From positions 544,001 to 608,000 of the forward strand of contig CBDCVR010000013.1 of the NCBI GenBank assembly GCA_965223155.1: DNA of 64,000 bases, in the 5' to 3' direction. A program made the translations under genes and the position numbers. The notes beneath the pieces were generated by a model. The model made no database searches, had not been told where the DNA came from, and worked only from the letters and a program-made list of their open reading frames with translations. Positions 28,085-38,984 of the stretch are shown here, in pieces (the first letter of the stretch is position 1; every line of letters begins with the position of its first letter). The stretch comes from Candidatus Multivoradales bacterium. GTDB taxonomy: Bacteria > Acidobacteriota > Thermoanaerobaculia > Multivoradales > JAHEKO01.

Positions 28085-28591
28085 CTAGGCCTCGTCGGCG
28101 TGCGGATCGCCGCGGCGCTCGAGGTACTCCTCGACGCTCAGCAGCTTGTCTTCGCCGGCCATCTCGACCACGTCCAGCAGCTCGCTCATGGTCGTGACCT
28201 CTTCGAACTGCTCGTTGACAAACCAGTCCAGGAAGCGAGTCGCGATGTGGTTGCGGTCCTCGTTGGCGATGGTGACCAGATCGTAGATCTGTCCGGTGAC
28301 CCGCTTCTCGGACTCCAAGGCCAGAGCGACCGCGTCGCGGGCGGCGCCGAAGTCGCCAGTCGGGGCAGGGATGGCGGGAATGCTCAATTGGCCGTCGGAG
28401 TCCACGAGGAACTTCTGGAACCTCATGGCGTGGTCACGCTCTTCGTCCGCCTGGCGGTAGAAGAACGCCGCCAGGTTGCCGAGGCTGCGGCCATCGAAGT
28501 ACGAAGCGATGGCCACGTACTGCATGGAAGCGGCCATCTCGTGCCCGACTTGGGCGTTTAGGGCCTCGTTCAAGGTGTCACTCAACATCAT
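28085..28591 (-). CDS. Ferritin
   Basis: LNAQVGHEM...Y...FF.RQADEERDHA...E..VT..I...FLDWFVNEQFEE ferroxidase motifs. Confidence 0.95.
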   Translation of the reverse strand: MMLSDTLNEALNAQVGHEMAASMQYVAIASYFDGRSLGNLAAFFYRQADEERDHAMRFQKFLVDSDGQLSIPAIPAPTGDFGAARDAVALALESEKRVTGQIYDLVTIANEDRNHIATRFLDWFVNEQFEEVTTMSELLDVVEMAGEDKLLSVEEYLERRGDPHADEA

Positions 28592-28721
28592 GATGCTTGC
28601 CTCCGACAATCCGCGCGGCGGATGATCCACTGGAAGAAAATCCGGCCTCGACGCGTTGCTATAGTAGCGCGCCGTACGAGCGGGCGATACCCACGAAATC
28701 CAGAGGACGAGGGAGATCCGG

Positions 28722-29669
28722 ATGCCGGAACGCGAGGACGCACAGCACTATCAAGTTGCCATTTTGGGGTCGGGACCGGCCGGTCTGACCGCCGCCCTCT
28801 ACGCGGCTCGGGCCAATCTCGAGCCGCTGGTCCTGGAGGGCAACCAACCCGGCGGCCAGCTCACCATCACCACCGACGTCGAAAACTATCCGGGGTTCCC
28901 GGAAGGCATCTTGGGGCCGGAGCTTATGGAACGGATGCGGGAACAGGCTCGGCGTTTCGGCGCTCAAGTCAAGTTCGAGCAAGTCACGGCGGTGGATCTC
29001 GAGAGCACCCGCAAGACCGTCATCACCGACGGTGGCAGCTACAGTGCCGAGGCCGTGATCATCGCCACCGGCGCTACCGCAAAGTCGCTGGGCCTGCCCT
29101 CCGAGGCCGAGCTCATGGGCTACGGCGTCTCCGCGTGTGCCACCTGCGACGGCTTCTTCTTCAAGGGCAAGGAGCTGGTGGTCATCGGCGGCGGGGACTC
29201 GGCGCTGGAAGAGGCCATCTACCTGACCAAGTTCGCCACCCGGGTAACCGTCATCCACCGCCGCGACGAGTTGCGCGCCTCCAAGATCCTGCAAGATCGC
29301 GCCTTCGCCCACGAGCGCGTTGACTTCGCCTGGAGCTCGGTGGTCGAGGAGATCCTGGGCTCGCGCGAGGATGGCGTCCATGGCGTCCGTCTGCGCAACG
29401 TGGACACGGGCGAGATCACCGAGTTCCCCTGCCAGGGAGTGTTCGTGGCCATCGGCCATCAACCCAACACCGCCTTCCTCGAGGGCCAGCTCGAGACCGA
29501 CCCCGCCGGGTACCTGGAAGTCGACGAGCCCACGACCCGCACGGCTCTCGAGGGCGTCTTCGCTTGCGGCGACGTCGTCGATCCCAGCTACCGCCAGGCG
29601 GTTACCGCCGCGGGCTCCGGCTGCAAGGCGGCTTTGGACGCCGAGCGCTGGCTCGAGCACGCTTCCTAG
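28722..29669 (+). CDS. trxB: Thioredoxin reductase
   Basis: GSGPAG, CATCDG, GGGDSA, HRRD and GVFACGD...YRQA motifs. Confidence 0.98.
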   Translation: MPEREDAQHYQVAILGSGPAGLTAALYAARANLEPLVLEGNQPGGQLTITTDVENYPGFPEGILGPELMERMREQARRFGAQVKFEQVTAVDLESTRKTVITDGGSYSAEAVIIATGATAKSLGLPSEAELMGYGVSACATCDGFFFKGKELVVIGGGDSALEEAIYLTKFATRVTVIHRRDELRASKILQDRAFAHERVDFAWSSVVEEILGSREDGVHGVRLRNVDTGEITEFPCQGVFVAIGHQPNTAFLEGQLETDPAGYLEVDEPTTRTALEGVFACGDVVDPSYRQAVTAAGSGCKAALDAERWLEHAS

Positions 29670-29825
29670 CCTGCACGTTGCACACGCTCGGCCGATAGGC
29701 GGCTGCAAGCCGCTCCTACCTGGATCGGCTTGGCTGGCGCCCCGTCGGACCCCTCAAGGCAGTCGCGGCCACGCCCGCACGCCGAGTTGCCACCTCCCGG
29801 CCGGCGGTACCCGCAGTCTCGCCGC

Positions 29826-31970
29826 CTAGCGGATTTCCAGACGACCCTCGGCATCGACCGCGACGTCGAGCGTACGCCGCGCCGCCGGCTTGAGCTCGAC
29901 GGCCATCGACTTGAGAGCGGTGGACCGGCCCGGCAACGCCAGATAGACCTTGAGATCGACAGGGCCGGACTCCACCTGGATCTCCTCCCGGAACGAGCCA
30001 GCAGCCGCCTTGCGCCGCAAGAGACCCTTCTTTTCGAAGAACCGGAAGGAGCGGCGCAACACCTGCTCGTCGCCGACGTAGACCGTCACCACACCGCGTG
30101 GCCGCTGCGAGCGAAACGCCACGGTCAAAGTCGCCGGCCCGGTTGGCACCACCACCGGCTCGACCGGGGGCTGGACCGGCTCCAACACGACCGCGGGCAC
30201 CGGAGCCTCGACCGGCTTGGCCTCGGCTGCGGCGCTTTCGGCGGCCTCGCGAAGCCGGTCGCGAGCGCGGGCCAGGGAGCGCCTCAAAGAGCTCACGGCC
30301 TCGACCGGAGCCCCGAGCGCTACCAAGTCCCGCAACGTCCGTCCAGCGCCGTCCAGATCGCCGCGGGCTACCTGAAGGTGCCCTCGCTCCGAAGCCGCCT
30401 CGACCCGCTCGAACCGGTCCAGCGCGCGCTCAGTCGCCACCTGCCGCCGGGCTTCCTGGCGCAGCTCGCGGATCCTCCGGGCCTCCGGCGCCAACTCTTC
30501 GGCCTGGGCCAGAAGTCGCGCCGCGGCGGCGGCGTCTCCGGTCTCGTAGAGCGCCTGGCTCTCCGCCAGGAGCGAGAGATACTGGAGCCGTTGGGCATCG
30601 GCCTCGATCGCGGTTGCCACCCCTTCAGGCCCGGGCTCGGGCGACCGGGAGCCGCTCCCCCAGCCGACGAACGCTAGGCCCAGGGGCAGAGCCGCCAGCA
30701 GGAACACGCCTAGTGCCACGACCTCCGGGCGGGCGGCGAGCCGCCGATACAGCCGGTGTACCCAAGCCACGGCCGCCGTCCGTACTCGTTCGACGCCGCC
30801 GCCCCGCCGGGACACCGCGGGCGCTTCACGACCTGGCATTCCGGCCTCCGGCGGGCCGAGCGAGGCCCCAGCCGGAGCAGAGTCCGGAGCCGGAATCACC
30901 CCGGCCGGCAGCCGCGCCGTGGCGGCGGTACCGGAGCCAGTAGGGGTTGCGGTGCCAATGGCGGCGGCATCGGCAGCGGACGGGCCCGGGCCCGTCCCTG
31001 CCGGTTCGCCGTCACTGGCCTCCAGCACCTCCAGCTCGACCGGAGTGGCCAGTACCCGTGCCGCCGCCAGCCACGACTCGGTCGGCACCGTATCGTTCAT
31101 CGCCGCCTGCGCTTCCACAGCCAGCCTTAGATCGTGGGCCAGCTCGCCGGCGCTCTGAAAGCGTTCCTCGGGAGCCTTGGCCAGAGCCTTCGCCAGCAGC
31201 CGGCGCAGCGAGGCGGTCAGATGCGGTGCATGGGTTTCCGGAGGCGTTGGCTCCTCGCGCAGGATCTTGCCCATCAGCTCGGACACCGCGTCCGCCTCGA
31301 ACGGCAGATGGCGCGTCAAGAGTTCGTAGAGCACGACTCCAAGAGCGTAGACGTCCAGACGGTGGTCCGATGGCTGCCCCAGGATGCGCTCGGGCGCCAG
31401 ATAGTTGGGCGTCCCCAGACTCATCAGCTCGGAAGCCAGATCCTCGTCCCGGAGGGCGCCGATCCCGAAGTCGGTCACCTTCACCCCTCCGTCCGAGGCC
31501 AGCAGGATGTTGGCCGGCTTGACGTCCCGGTGGACCAGGCCCTGCTCGTGAGCGTGGTCCAGCGCGGTCGCCACCGCGCCGACGATCCGCGAAACCTCTT
31601 CCAGCGAGATGGGCTCAGGCTCAGACAGGCGGCGCCGCAGGCTCTTGCCCTGGACGAACTCCATCGCCAGGGCCAGGAGGCCTCCCTGCCGATCTCCGAC
31701 AACGTCGAAGACGCGCACGATCCCGGGATGCTCGAGGGTGCCGGTGAGCCGGGCTTCGTTGAGCAGCAGCTTGCGCATAACCGCCGGATCCAGACCCGAG
31801 CCCTTCTGCGGCACGAGCTCCTTGACCGCCAGCCAGCGGCCGATCAGCGGATCCCTGGCCAGATAGACGACACCCATCGACCCACGACCGATCTCCTCGA
31901 CGATCTCGTAGCGGTCGATCTTCTCGGGCCGGTCAAATTCCGGCGGCACTGGCTCGGGCACGGCTCCCAC
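29826..31970 (-). CDS. Hanks-type Ser/Thr protein kinase with TM and extracellular domain
   Basis: GRGSMG, AVK, HRDVKPAN, DFG and GTPNYLAPE motifs; Pro/Ala linker, one TM, then helical and beta C-terminal regions. Confidence 0.93.
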   Translation of the reverse strand: MGAVPEPVPPEFDRPEKIDRYEIVEEIGRGSMGVVYLARDPLIGRWLAVKELVPQKGSGLDPAVMRKLLLNEARLTGTLEHPGIVRVFDVVGDRQGGLLALAMEFVQGKSLRRRLSEPEPISLEEVSRIVGAVATALDHAHEQGLVHRDVKPANILLASDGGVKVTDFGIGALRDEDLASELMSLGTPNYLAPERILGQPSDHRLDVYALGVVLYELLTRHLPFEADAVSELMGKILREEPTPPETHAPHLTASLRRLLAKALAKAPEERFQSAGELAHDLRLAVEAQAAMNDTVPTESWLAAARVLATPVELEVLEASDGEPAGTGPGPSAADAAAIGTATPTGSGTAATARLPAGVIPAPDSAPAGASLGPPEAGMPGREAPAVSRRGGGVERVRTAAVAWVHRLYRRLAARPEVVALGVFLLAALPLGLAFVGWGSGSRSPEPGPEGVATAIEADAQRLQYLSLLAESQALYETGDAAAAARLLAQAEELAPEARRIRELRQEARRQVATERALDRFERVEAASERGHLQVARGDLDGAGRTLRDLVALGAPVEAVSSLRRSLARARDRLREAAESAAAEAKPVEAPVPAVVLEPVQPPVEPVVVPTGPATLTVAFRSQRPRGVVTVYVGDEQVLRRSFRFFEKKGLLRRKAAAGSFREEIQVESGPVDLKVYLALPGRSTALKSMAVELKPAARRTLDVAVDAEGRLEIR

Positions 31971-32074
31971 AAGGATTCCTCGAACTAGGCTCTATGGGTA
32001 CCAAAGCCGGCCAGACTCGGCAGTGGAGTCCTCCACTCGCCGGCCCACGGCCCCGCTCCCGCGAGCCGAATCCG

Positions 32075-32986
32075 CTATGCGTCGCTCGCCGGAATCGAGG
32101 CGAACCGGTCCAGCTCGGCCAGCCGTCCCCGATCCTCGCGCCAGTCCGGCTCGCAACGAACGTGCAGGTCGAGGTAGACCCGGCGACCCAGCATCGCTTC
32201 GAGCGCTTGGCGCGCCTCAATCCCGAGACGCTTGATGCGGGCGCCGCCCTTCCCCACGACGATCCCCTTCTGGCTGGGCTTTTCGACCAGGATGAGGGCA
32301 TGGATCCGAGTCAGCTCACGGTCCTCCACTTCGTCCCAGCGCTCGACATCCACCGCGGTGGTAAACGGCAGCTCGTCCCGAGTGGCCCGGAGCAGCGCCT
32401 CGCGAATGAGCTCGGCGGCCAGGAAGCGCTCCGGATGCACCGTAAAGAGATCCGAGTCGAAGCGCGGCGGCCCCACGGGGAGCTGCTCGATCAGGAGACG
32501 CAGCAGCACGTCGCAGCCGTCGCCGTCGAGGGCACTGATCGGCACGATCTCTCGAAACAGCTCCGAGGCCGAGTAACGCTCGATCAAGGGCAGGATCTTG
32601 GGCTTGGCGACGGCATCAACCTTGTTGAGCGCGACGATCCTCGGCCGATCAACCTTGGCCAGCACCTCGAGCAGGTGTTCGTCGCCTCGGCCGAAGCGCT
32701 GGCTCGCGTCCACCAGCAGGCACACAACGTCCGCTTCGCGCAGGGCCTCATGGGCATGGCGGACCATTTGGCGGTTCAACCGGTGCAAGGGCTTATGCAT
32801 CCCGGGCGTGTCGTAGAAGACGACCTGCGCGTGGTCCAGGGTCAGAATGCCCACCAGGCGGTGTCGGGTCGTCTGAGGCTTGTCCGAGACGATCGCCAGC
32901 TTTTCGCCCAGCAGCCGATTCAGCAGGGTGGACTTGCCGGCGTTGGGCCGGCCCATCAGGGCCACCGCGCCGGACCGAAACTCCAT
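32075..32986 (-). CDS. era: GTPase Era
   Basis: GRPNAGKS, PQTTR, DTPG and NKVD motifs; KH domain VVGKGG. Confidence 0.97.
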   Translation of the reverse strand: MEFRSGAVALMGRPNAGKSTLLNRLLGEKLAIVSDKPQTTRHRLVGILTLDHAQVVFYDTPGMHKPLHRLNRQMVRHAHEALREADVVCLLVDASQRFGRGDEHLLEVLAKVDRPRIVALNKVDAVAKPKILPLIERYSASELFREIVPISALDGDGCDVLLRLLIEQLPVGPPRFDSDLFTVHPERFLAAELIREALLRATRDELPFTTAVDVERWDEVEDRELTRIHALILVEKPSQKGIVVGKGGARIKRLGIEARQALEAMLGRRVYLDLHVRCEPDWREDRGRLAELDRFASIPASDA

Positions 32987-34260
32987 CAAGCGTCGCCGTT
33001 CGTTTCGGCCGGGCCCGGCTCGCCGAGCCACTCGACTCGGAGGATCTCGATGCGCCGATCGGCCACCCGCTCCACCGTGAAGCGGAGGCCGCGCACCTCG
33101 AGCTGGTAGCCGGGCTCCGGCAAATCGCCGACGTGACCGAACACCATGCCTCCGGCGGTCTCGTAGGGCTCGTCTTCGGTCGGCCAGTCGAAGGTCTCTT
33201 CCAGCCAGTCGATGGGCGTCCTGCCGGAAATGCGCCAGGCGTTGTCCGCCACCTGGACCGCCATCCGGCCGACATCTTCGTGCTCGTCGACGATCTCGCC
33301 CACGATCTCCTCCAGGAGGTCCTCGACCGTGACCAGGCCGGAGGTGCCGCCGTATTCGTCCACGACGATCGCCATCTGATGCCGCCCGCTCTGCATCTCG
33401 CCCAGGAGCTCGTTGATCGGCTTGGTCTCGGGAACGAAGTAGGCGGCGTTCGCGAGCGCGGCCGGCAACCCGGACTCAGAGCCCTGAAGCGACGCGAACA
33501 GATCCCGGATGTGCAGAATGCCCACGATGTCGTCCACCGACTCGCGATACAGGGGAATGCGCGAGTGCTTGGAGTCCAGGAACTGGCCCACCAGGTCTTC
33601 AACCGGAGACTCCGCGGCCGCCACGACCATGTCGGTACGCGGGGACATGACGCTGCGCACCAGCGTGTCGCCGAAGTCCATCACCCGCATGATGAGGTCT
33701 TCTTCCCCTGGCTCCAGGATCCCCTCCCGAGCCCCAACCGAAAGGAACTCCTCGATCTCGCCGTCCGATGCCTCGTCCTCGTCGCCGGCCGTCTCGCCAT
33801 CTCCGGAAACACCTCCGAGAAGCGGTGCCAACACCGCGATTGCCGGGCTGCAGAACCACCGGGCTAGCCGGTAGGCCGGCGTCAGGCGTCGAAGTGCGCT
33901 TTCCGAGTCCCGGGAAACCAGCCAGCGGTTCAAGAGCTCGGCCGCGGCCAGCACCCCGACCACCAACAGCACCACCTTCAGCACCGCCGCCAGGCCGCGG
34001 TCGCCGCCCGCCGGCAGAATCCAGCCCACCGCCACGGTCGCTGCCAGCACCACGGGAGCCACCTTGGCCGCCAGGCTCAACAGGTACCGAAAGGCCTCGA
34101 AGCGCGGGCCGTCCAGAAACAGGGCCTCGAGCGCGCCGCCCGCCTCCTCCGCCCAGTGGCGCAACCGGATCGGGCCCGGCCGTTCGAGCAGGGCCGCCAG
34201 GACCTGCGCCGCGACCGTCAGGACCCCGAGAGCCAGCGTGACGACGACGAAGCCCATCAT
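32986..34260 (-). CDS. HlyC/CorC family CBS-domain membrane protein
   Basis: N-terminal TMs; HSRIPLY and [26 protein letters not shown] motifs; CorC-type C-terminal domain. Confidence 0.92.
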   Translation of the reverse strand: MMGFVVVTLALGVLTVAAQVLAALLERPGPIRLRHWAEEAGGALEALFLDGPRFEAFRYLLSLAAKVAPVVLAATVAVGWILPAGGDRGLAAVLKVVLLVVGVLAAAELLNRWLVSRDSESALRRLTPAYRLARWFCSPAIAVLAPLLGGVSGDGETAGDEDEASDGEIEEFLSVGAREGILEPGEEDLIMRVMDFGDTLVRSVMSPRTDMVVAAAESPVEDLVGQFLDSKHSRIPLYRESVDDIVGILHIRDLFASLQGSESGLPAALANAAYFVPETKPINELLGEMQSGRHQMAIVVDEYGGTSGLVTVEDLLEEIVGEIVDEHEDVGRMAVQVADNAWRISGRTPIDWLEETFDWPTEDEPYETAGGMVFGHVGDLPEPGYQLEVRGLRFTVERVADRRIEILRVEWLGEPGPAETNGDA

Positions 34261-34721
34261 CCGGCAACCCACTCTCGGCGGAGGCGCCCTTCCAGGCGGT
34301 TCATGACGCCGTCATCGGCTTCGTGGTCGTAGCCGAGGCAATGGAGCGTTCCGTGCAGCAGCAGGATCTTGAGCTCGCGCTCGACCGAATGCCCGGCCGC
34401 CTCCGCCTGCCTGCGAGCGGCCGGTACCGAGATCGCGATGTCGCCCAGATGGGGCCCCCCGGGGCCGGCCGTTCCCGGGAAGGACAGCACGTCGGTGACG
34501 GCGTCGCGCCGGCGAAACTCGCGGTTCAAGCGGCGCAAGGCCCGGTCGCCGAGCAGCCGCACCGCCAGCGTACCGCGCCGCTCACGCGCCACCGAGCCGA
34601 CCAAGTCTTCGGCCCAGGAGCGCAAGCGGCCGAGCCGGACCTCGGGATATCGATTCGGATTCTCGAGCGACACTCTCTGGGAGCGATCGCTGGAATTGGC
34701 GGGGTCGCCTTCCGTCATCAA
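34257..34721 (-). CDS. ybeY: rRNA maturation endoribonuclease YbeY
   Basis: LNREFR...TDVLSF, LGDI and HGTLHCLGYDH motifs. Confidence 0.96.
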   Translation of the reverse strand: MMTEGDPANSSDRSQRVSLENPNRYPEVRLGRLRSWAEDLVGSVARERRGTLAVRLLGDRALRRLNREFRRRDAVTDVLSFPGTAGPGGPHLGDIAISVPAARRQAEAAGHSVERELKILLLHGTLHCLGYDHEADDGVMNRLEGRLRREWVAG

Positions 34722-35707
34722 TCCGCTCCCTTGCTGCCCGAGGTCCGGCCGCCCTTGGCTCCAGGCTGCCGCTCGTAGCGGTCGTAGGCGCCGATGATCT
34801 TCTGCACCAGCGGATGCCGGACGACGTCCCGCTCGGTGAAGTGTACGAAGCCGATGCCGTCGACGCCCTCGAGCACCTTGCAGGCGACGCGCAGCCCGGA
34901 GGCGGTTCCGGCGGGCAAGTCCACCTGGGTGACGTCGCCGTTGACCACCGCCTTGGATTTGAAGCCGATGCGGGTCAAGAACATTTTCATCTGCTCGGTG
35001 GTGGTGTTCTGGGCCTCGTCCAGGATGACGAAGGCATCGTTGAGCGTCCGGCCGCGCATGAAGGCCAGAGGAGCCACCTCGATCGTGCCCTGTTCAAGCA
35101 TGCGCCCGACCTTGTCGAAGCCGATGAGATCGTAGAGAGCATCGTAGAGCGGCCGTAGATAGGGATTCACCTTCTCGGCCAGATCGCCCGGCAGGTAGCC
35201 CAGCTTCTCGCCGGCCTCCACCGCCGGCCGGGTCAGCAAGATGCGGCGAATCTGCTTTTCCTTGAGCGCGGCCGCGGCCATGGCCACGGCGAGGTAGGTC
35301 TTCCCCGTCCCCGCGGGCCCGATCGAGAGCACCATGTCGTTCTCGGCCATCGCCTTCATGTAGATCTGCTGCCCGAGGCTGCGCGGCACGACCATGCGGC
35401 GGGCCGAGCTCAGGATGCCGTCGCCCGAGAAGAACTCCACCAGCGAGGCGTCGGGGGCCTCCCGCAGCACCCGGATGGCGGTGTCTACGTCGTTCGACCG
35501 CACTCGGTATCCGCCCTCCATCAAGGCCGAAAGCTCGGTCAGAAGATGCTCGACCACGCCGGCGTTGGCCGGTTCGCCCTCGATCATCGCCTGGTTCCCC
35601 CGGGCCGAAAGGGTCACGTCGAAGGCCCTCTCGATGCGCTTCAAGTTCTCGTCGCGCGCGCCGAAAAGCGCCTCGATACCCTCTTCAGCGAGGGTTACCT
35701 GGGTCAT
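34718..35707 (-). CDS. PhoH-like ATPase (YbeZ type)
   Basis: [29 protein letters not shown] and DEAQN motifs. Confidence 0.96.
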   Translation of the reverse strand: MTQVTLAEEGIEALFGARDENLKRIERAFDVTLSARGNQAMIEGEPANAGVVEHLLTELSALMEGGYRVRSNDVDTAIRVLREAPDASLVEFFSGDGILSSARRMVVPRSLGQQIYMKAMAENDMVLSIGPAGTGKTYLAVAMAAAALKEKQIRRILLTRPAVEAGEKLGYLPGDLAEKVNPYLRPLYDALYDLIGFDKVGRMLEQGTIEVAPLAFMRGRTLNDAFVILDEAQNTTTEQMKMFLTRIGFKSKAVVNGDVTQVDLPAGTASGLRVACKVLEGVDGIGFVHFTERDVVRHPLVQKIIGAYDRYERQPGAKGGRTSGSKGAD

Positions 35708-35981
35708 GGCGTGCGAGGAAGCGTCCGGGGAACCCGGGCGACCGCGAGAGGATGGAAGGAGTTCGGCAACGAGGGTTGGAAGGGGCCGGATCCGGTGCGC
35801 CGGCCGGGCCGGAGTCTAGCAGACGGCCGCAGCCTCGGCGTGCCCGACCGTACTCGGCCGGACCCGGTGCGAGCCGCGACCAGGCGAGCCGGTCCGGCCA
35901 CTCCCCCACCGAGTGACTGCCTCTTTGGGCTTTACCGAACCGAAGTGGAAGCCAGCGAGAGCCTGCCGAGCCAGATCGGAG

Positions 35982-37442
35982 TTACCGCCGGTTGATGCCG
36001 CCCACGACCTGTTTCGCCTCGCCGGCCTTGACCACTCCGTCCACCGTCGTGTGGTTGATGAGCGCCGCCAGCTCGGGCTTGACGGTCGAGGGATAGCGGC
36101 GGTCGAATTCCGCGAAGGCCATGGCGCTGCGCAGATCGATCACTTTCAGCCGGGCCGGCTGCACCGACAGGACTCGCCGATCCGTAACTCGATCGAAGCT
36201 GCCGATGAATCCCAGGATCGGCCGGGAGTAAGCCGACCACCTGCTGGACAGCGTGTAGCCCAAGAGGCGGTAGGTCTTGTCCCCGTACCGAACGAAGGCC
36301 ACCTGGCCGCGCAGGGAATTCTGCTCGCGGGGCACCTCGAAGGGCGCCGACACCGCCGGAAAGCCATGGATGTTGCCGGTGGACACCCGGCCCGCGCGCA
36401 CGCCCTCCTGGCCCAGAAACTTCCTGGCCGCGGTCATGAGGTCGGCCTCCGCATCCAGGGTCAGGACCACGACCGCGTCCTGTTTCGGGCTCTGTCCCAG
36501 GACCGCCTGGCGCTGGTTCTGAGTCTTCCACTCGGCCGGAAATTCCAGCTTGAGAGCCAGATCCGGGTGCAGAAACACCTGGTCCTCGAAAAACCCTTCC
36601 CGCGGGTTGGGACCGAAGGTCATGCCGTCGATGCGTCCGAAGTACCCGGGCCGGTTGATCTTGGCCGAGGAAAAATCGTGTTCCAGGCTCTGGATCTGTT
36701 CCCGAATCCGGTCCTGCCGGCGCTCGGGATCGGGATGGGTCGAAAGCCAGTTCGGCAGCCTCCCCGCCCCCGCCAGATCGCCGACGTTCTTCAGCACCCC
36801 GAAGACCTCCGGCATCTCGCGCGCGTCCCAATTGCCGCCGATCGCGTACCGCAGTCCCAGGTCATCGGCCTGACGCTCGTCGTCCCGGGAGTACTTCAGA
36901 AACAGCAGTCCCAGCCCCTGCTGAGCCAGATCTCCGAACTGGCGCATCTCCGGCGAGACAATCATGCCGATCCCCAGCCCGAGTCCCGCCAACTGGGCCT
37001 TGCTCAAGCGGCTGGCGCCATGGCGACCGGTGACGTGACCGATCTCGTGCCCCAGCACCGAGACCAGCTCGGCCTCGCTCGAAAGGTGTCCCATGATGCC
37101 GCGGGTGACGTAGATGAAGCCACCGGGCAGAGCAAAGGCGTTGACGATCGGATCGTCGATGACCGTGAAGGTCCAGGGCAGCTCGGGCCGCTCGGACAGG
37201 GCGGCGAGCTCTTGGCCGAGCCTATCGACGTACTGCTGTGTGGCCTCGTCTTCGTAGACGCCCATCGAGGCCAGAATCTGGTCATGCGCTTCCCGGCCCA
37301 TGGCGATCTCCTGCTGTTCGGTGATCAGCATGAGCTGACGCTCTCCGGTGGCGGGATTGACGGCACAACTTCCCCACAACAAAGCCAAAGCGCACAGGGC
37401 TGCGGCCAGGGACGGCGGAATTCGGCGGATGCGATACGACAT
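35982..37442 (-). CDS. M48 family metalloprotease, probable lipoprotein
   Basis: SC-AVNPATG N-terminus; NAFALPGG, HEIGH, YSRDDE.QAD and STHP motifs. Confidence 0.92.
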   Translation of the reverse strand: MSYRIRRIPPSLAAALCALALLWGSCAVNPATGERQLMLITEQQEIAMGREAHDQILASMGVYEDEATQQYVDRLGQELAALSERPELPWTFTVIDDPIVNAFALPGGFIYVTRGIMGHLSSEAELVSVLGHEIGHVTGRHGASRLSKAQLAGLGLGIGMIVSPEMRQFGDLAQQGLGLLFLKYSRDDERQADDLGLRYAIGGNWDAREMPEVFGVLKNVGDLAGAGRLPNWLSTHPDPERRQDRIREQIQSLEHDFSSAKINRPGYFGRIDGMTFGPNPREGFFEDQVFLHPDLALKLEFPAEWKTQNQRQAVLGQSPKQDAVVVLTLDAEADLMTAARKFLGQEGVRAGRVSTGNIHGFPAVSAPFEVPREQNSLRGQVAFVRYGDKTYRLLGYTLSSRWSAYSRPILGFIGSFDRVTDRRVLSVQPARLKVIDLRSAMAFAEFDRRYPSTVKPELAALINHTTVDGVVKAGEAKQVVGGINRR

Positions 37443-37528
37443 GCAGTTCTCCTTCAACGAATAGGATGACGCCGGCTTCGATTCTGGTCTCGGGGCCCGC
37501 TCACAAGAGCATTGTAACGTTTGCCTCG

Positions 37529-38023
37529 ATGCGACCCGAAGCTTCTTCCGCCGCGGCCGGCAGCGACGACCTCCACGTCGCCTTGGTCGCGCCCGAGATT
37601 CCCTGGAACACGGGCAACGCGGGCCGCACCTGTCTGGCGGCCGATGCGCGTCTCCACCTGGTCGGCCCGCTCGGCTTTTCACTCGCGGACAAGCAGGTGC
37701 GGCGGGCCGGGCTCGACTACTGGCCCGCGGTGGAGCCCCGCCTGTGGACCGACTGGGATGCCTTCGAGAAAGCCCTGCCCGGGCTCGGTACGCCCACGAT
37801 CTTCAGCCCAGAGGCCGAGCGCACGTTCTGGGAAATCGATTTCCCCCGGCCTTCGGTCCTGATCTTCGGCAGCGAGTCCGCCGGGCTGCCGGCGGCCGTC
37901 CGCGCCACGTTCTCCGACCGCGCCGCCAGGATTCCCCAGCGCCCGGACGCTGTCCGTTCCCTCAACCTCTCGACCGCGGTTGCCTTGGGCCTCTACGAAG
38001 CGCGGCGCCGGTGGCTGAGCTGA
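37529..38023 (+). CDS. trmL: tRNA (cytidine/uridine-34 2'-O)-methyltransferase
   Basis: PEIPWNTGN, RRAGLDYW, FGSESAGL and RSLNLS motifs. Confidence 0.94.
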   Translation: MRPEASSAAAGSDDLHVALVAPEIPWNTGNAGRTCLAADARLHLVGPLGFSLADKQVRRAGLDYWPAVEPRLWTDWDAFEKALPGLGTPTIFSPEAERTFWEIDFPRPSVLIFGSESAGLPAAVRATFSDRAARIPQRPDAVRSLNLSTAVALGLYEARRRWLS

Positions 38024-38025
38024 TC

Positions 38026-38820
38026 GTGCCTGAGTCCACAGCCGACCGTGGCGCGAGGAACTTCCACGACCACTTCTCGACCGGGGCCGACGCCTACCGG
38101 AATGCCCGGCCGCACGGACCGCGCGAGCTTCTGGACTTCCTTCTGGCGCGAACTCCGAGCCGCCGGCTGGCCTGGGACTGTGGTACCGGCACTGGACAGA
38201 CCGCCCGCTATCTGGCCCCTCACTTCGACCGGGTCCTCGCCAGCGACGCCGGGCCGGCGCTAGTCGCGCGGATCGAACCGGCTCGGGTCGAACCAGAAAC
38301 TCCCATCCGACCCTTGGTGGCCCTGGCCGAAGCCGCTCCGCTGGCGGAAGCTTCGGTCGACCTGTGCACCGTCAGCCAGGCGCTCCACTGGTTCGACCTG
38401 GAGCTCTTCTACGCCGAGATCCGCCGGGTGGTCCGGGCGGGCGGTTTCCTCGCGGCCTGGACCTATCATCTGCCCCGGATCGCGCCGGCCATCGACCGCC
38501 ACCTGGACCGGTTGGCCCACCAAACGCTGGCCCGAGACTGGCCGCCCGAGCGCTCCCGGGTCGAAGACCGCTACCGTTCGATGCCCTTTCCCTTCGACGA
38601 GCTCAAAGCACCTGAGTTCACCATCGAGCGCATCTGGTCCCGGCGCCAGCTCCTAGCCTATCTCGGTACCTGGTCCGCTCTCGGCCGCTACCGGCACCGC
38701 ACCGGCGTCGATCCACTACCGGAGCTGGATCGGGCGCTCGCCCCGCATTGGCCCGGGAGTGCCACCGTCACCTGGCCGGTGACCCTGCGCCTCGGCCGAA
38801 TCGACTCCCGCGGGAGCTGA
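38026..38820 (+). CDS. Class I SAM-dependent methyltransferase
   Basis: FHDHFS..A..Y...RP, AWDCGTGTGQ and QALHWFD motifs; start could instead be GTG 38011. Confidence 0.9.
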   Translation: MPESTADRGARNFHDHFSTGADAYRNARPHGPRELLDFLLARTPSRRLAWDCGTGTGQTARYLAPHFDRVLASDAGPALVARIEPARVEPETPIRPLVALAEAAPLAEASVDLCTVSQALHWFDLELFYAEIRRVVRAGGFLAAWTYHLPRIAPAIDRHLDRLAHQTLARDWPPERSRVEDRYRSMPFPFDELKAPEFTIERIWSRRQLLAYLGTWSALGRYRHRTGVDPLPELDRALAPHWPGSATVTWPVTLRLGRIDSRGS

Positions 38821-38984
38821 GAGCCCCAGGAATCCAAGACGGCCGACCGGCTGGAGCGGCCCCTTGGAACCGCCCTTCGCAGCGCCGGGCAAACCCGAGC
38901 CGGACCCGGCCGGACAGCGCGGGTACAATGCCGGGGACCCGACCCGCTCTCCCTGCGAGCCTTCCGACCCCAGGAGGTTGCACG

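Noticed and set aside
35708-35981. 274-bp intergenic region upstream of the phoH-like gene as a possible ncRNA or small ORF
   Set aside because: Only a plausible extended -10 (TGCTAGACT) and short GC stems; no convincing structure or coding signal.
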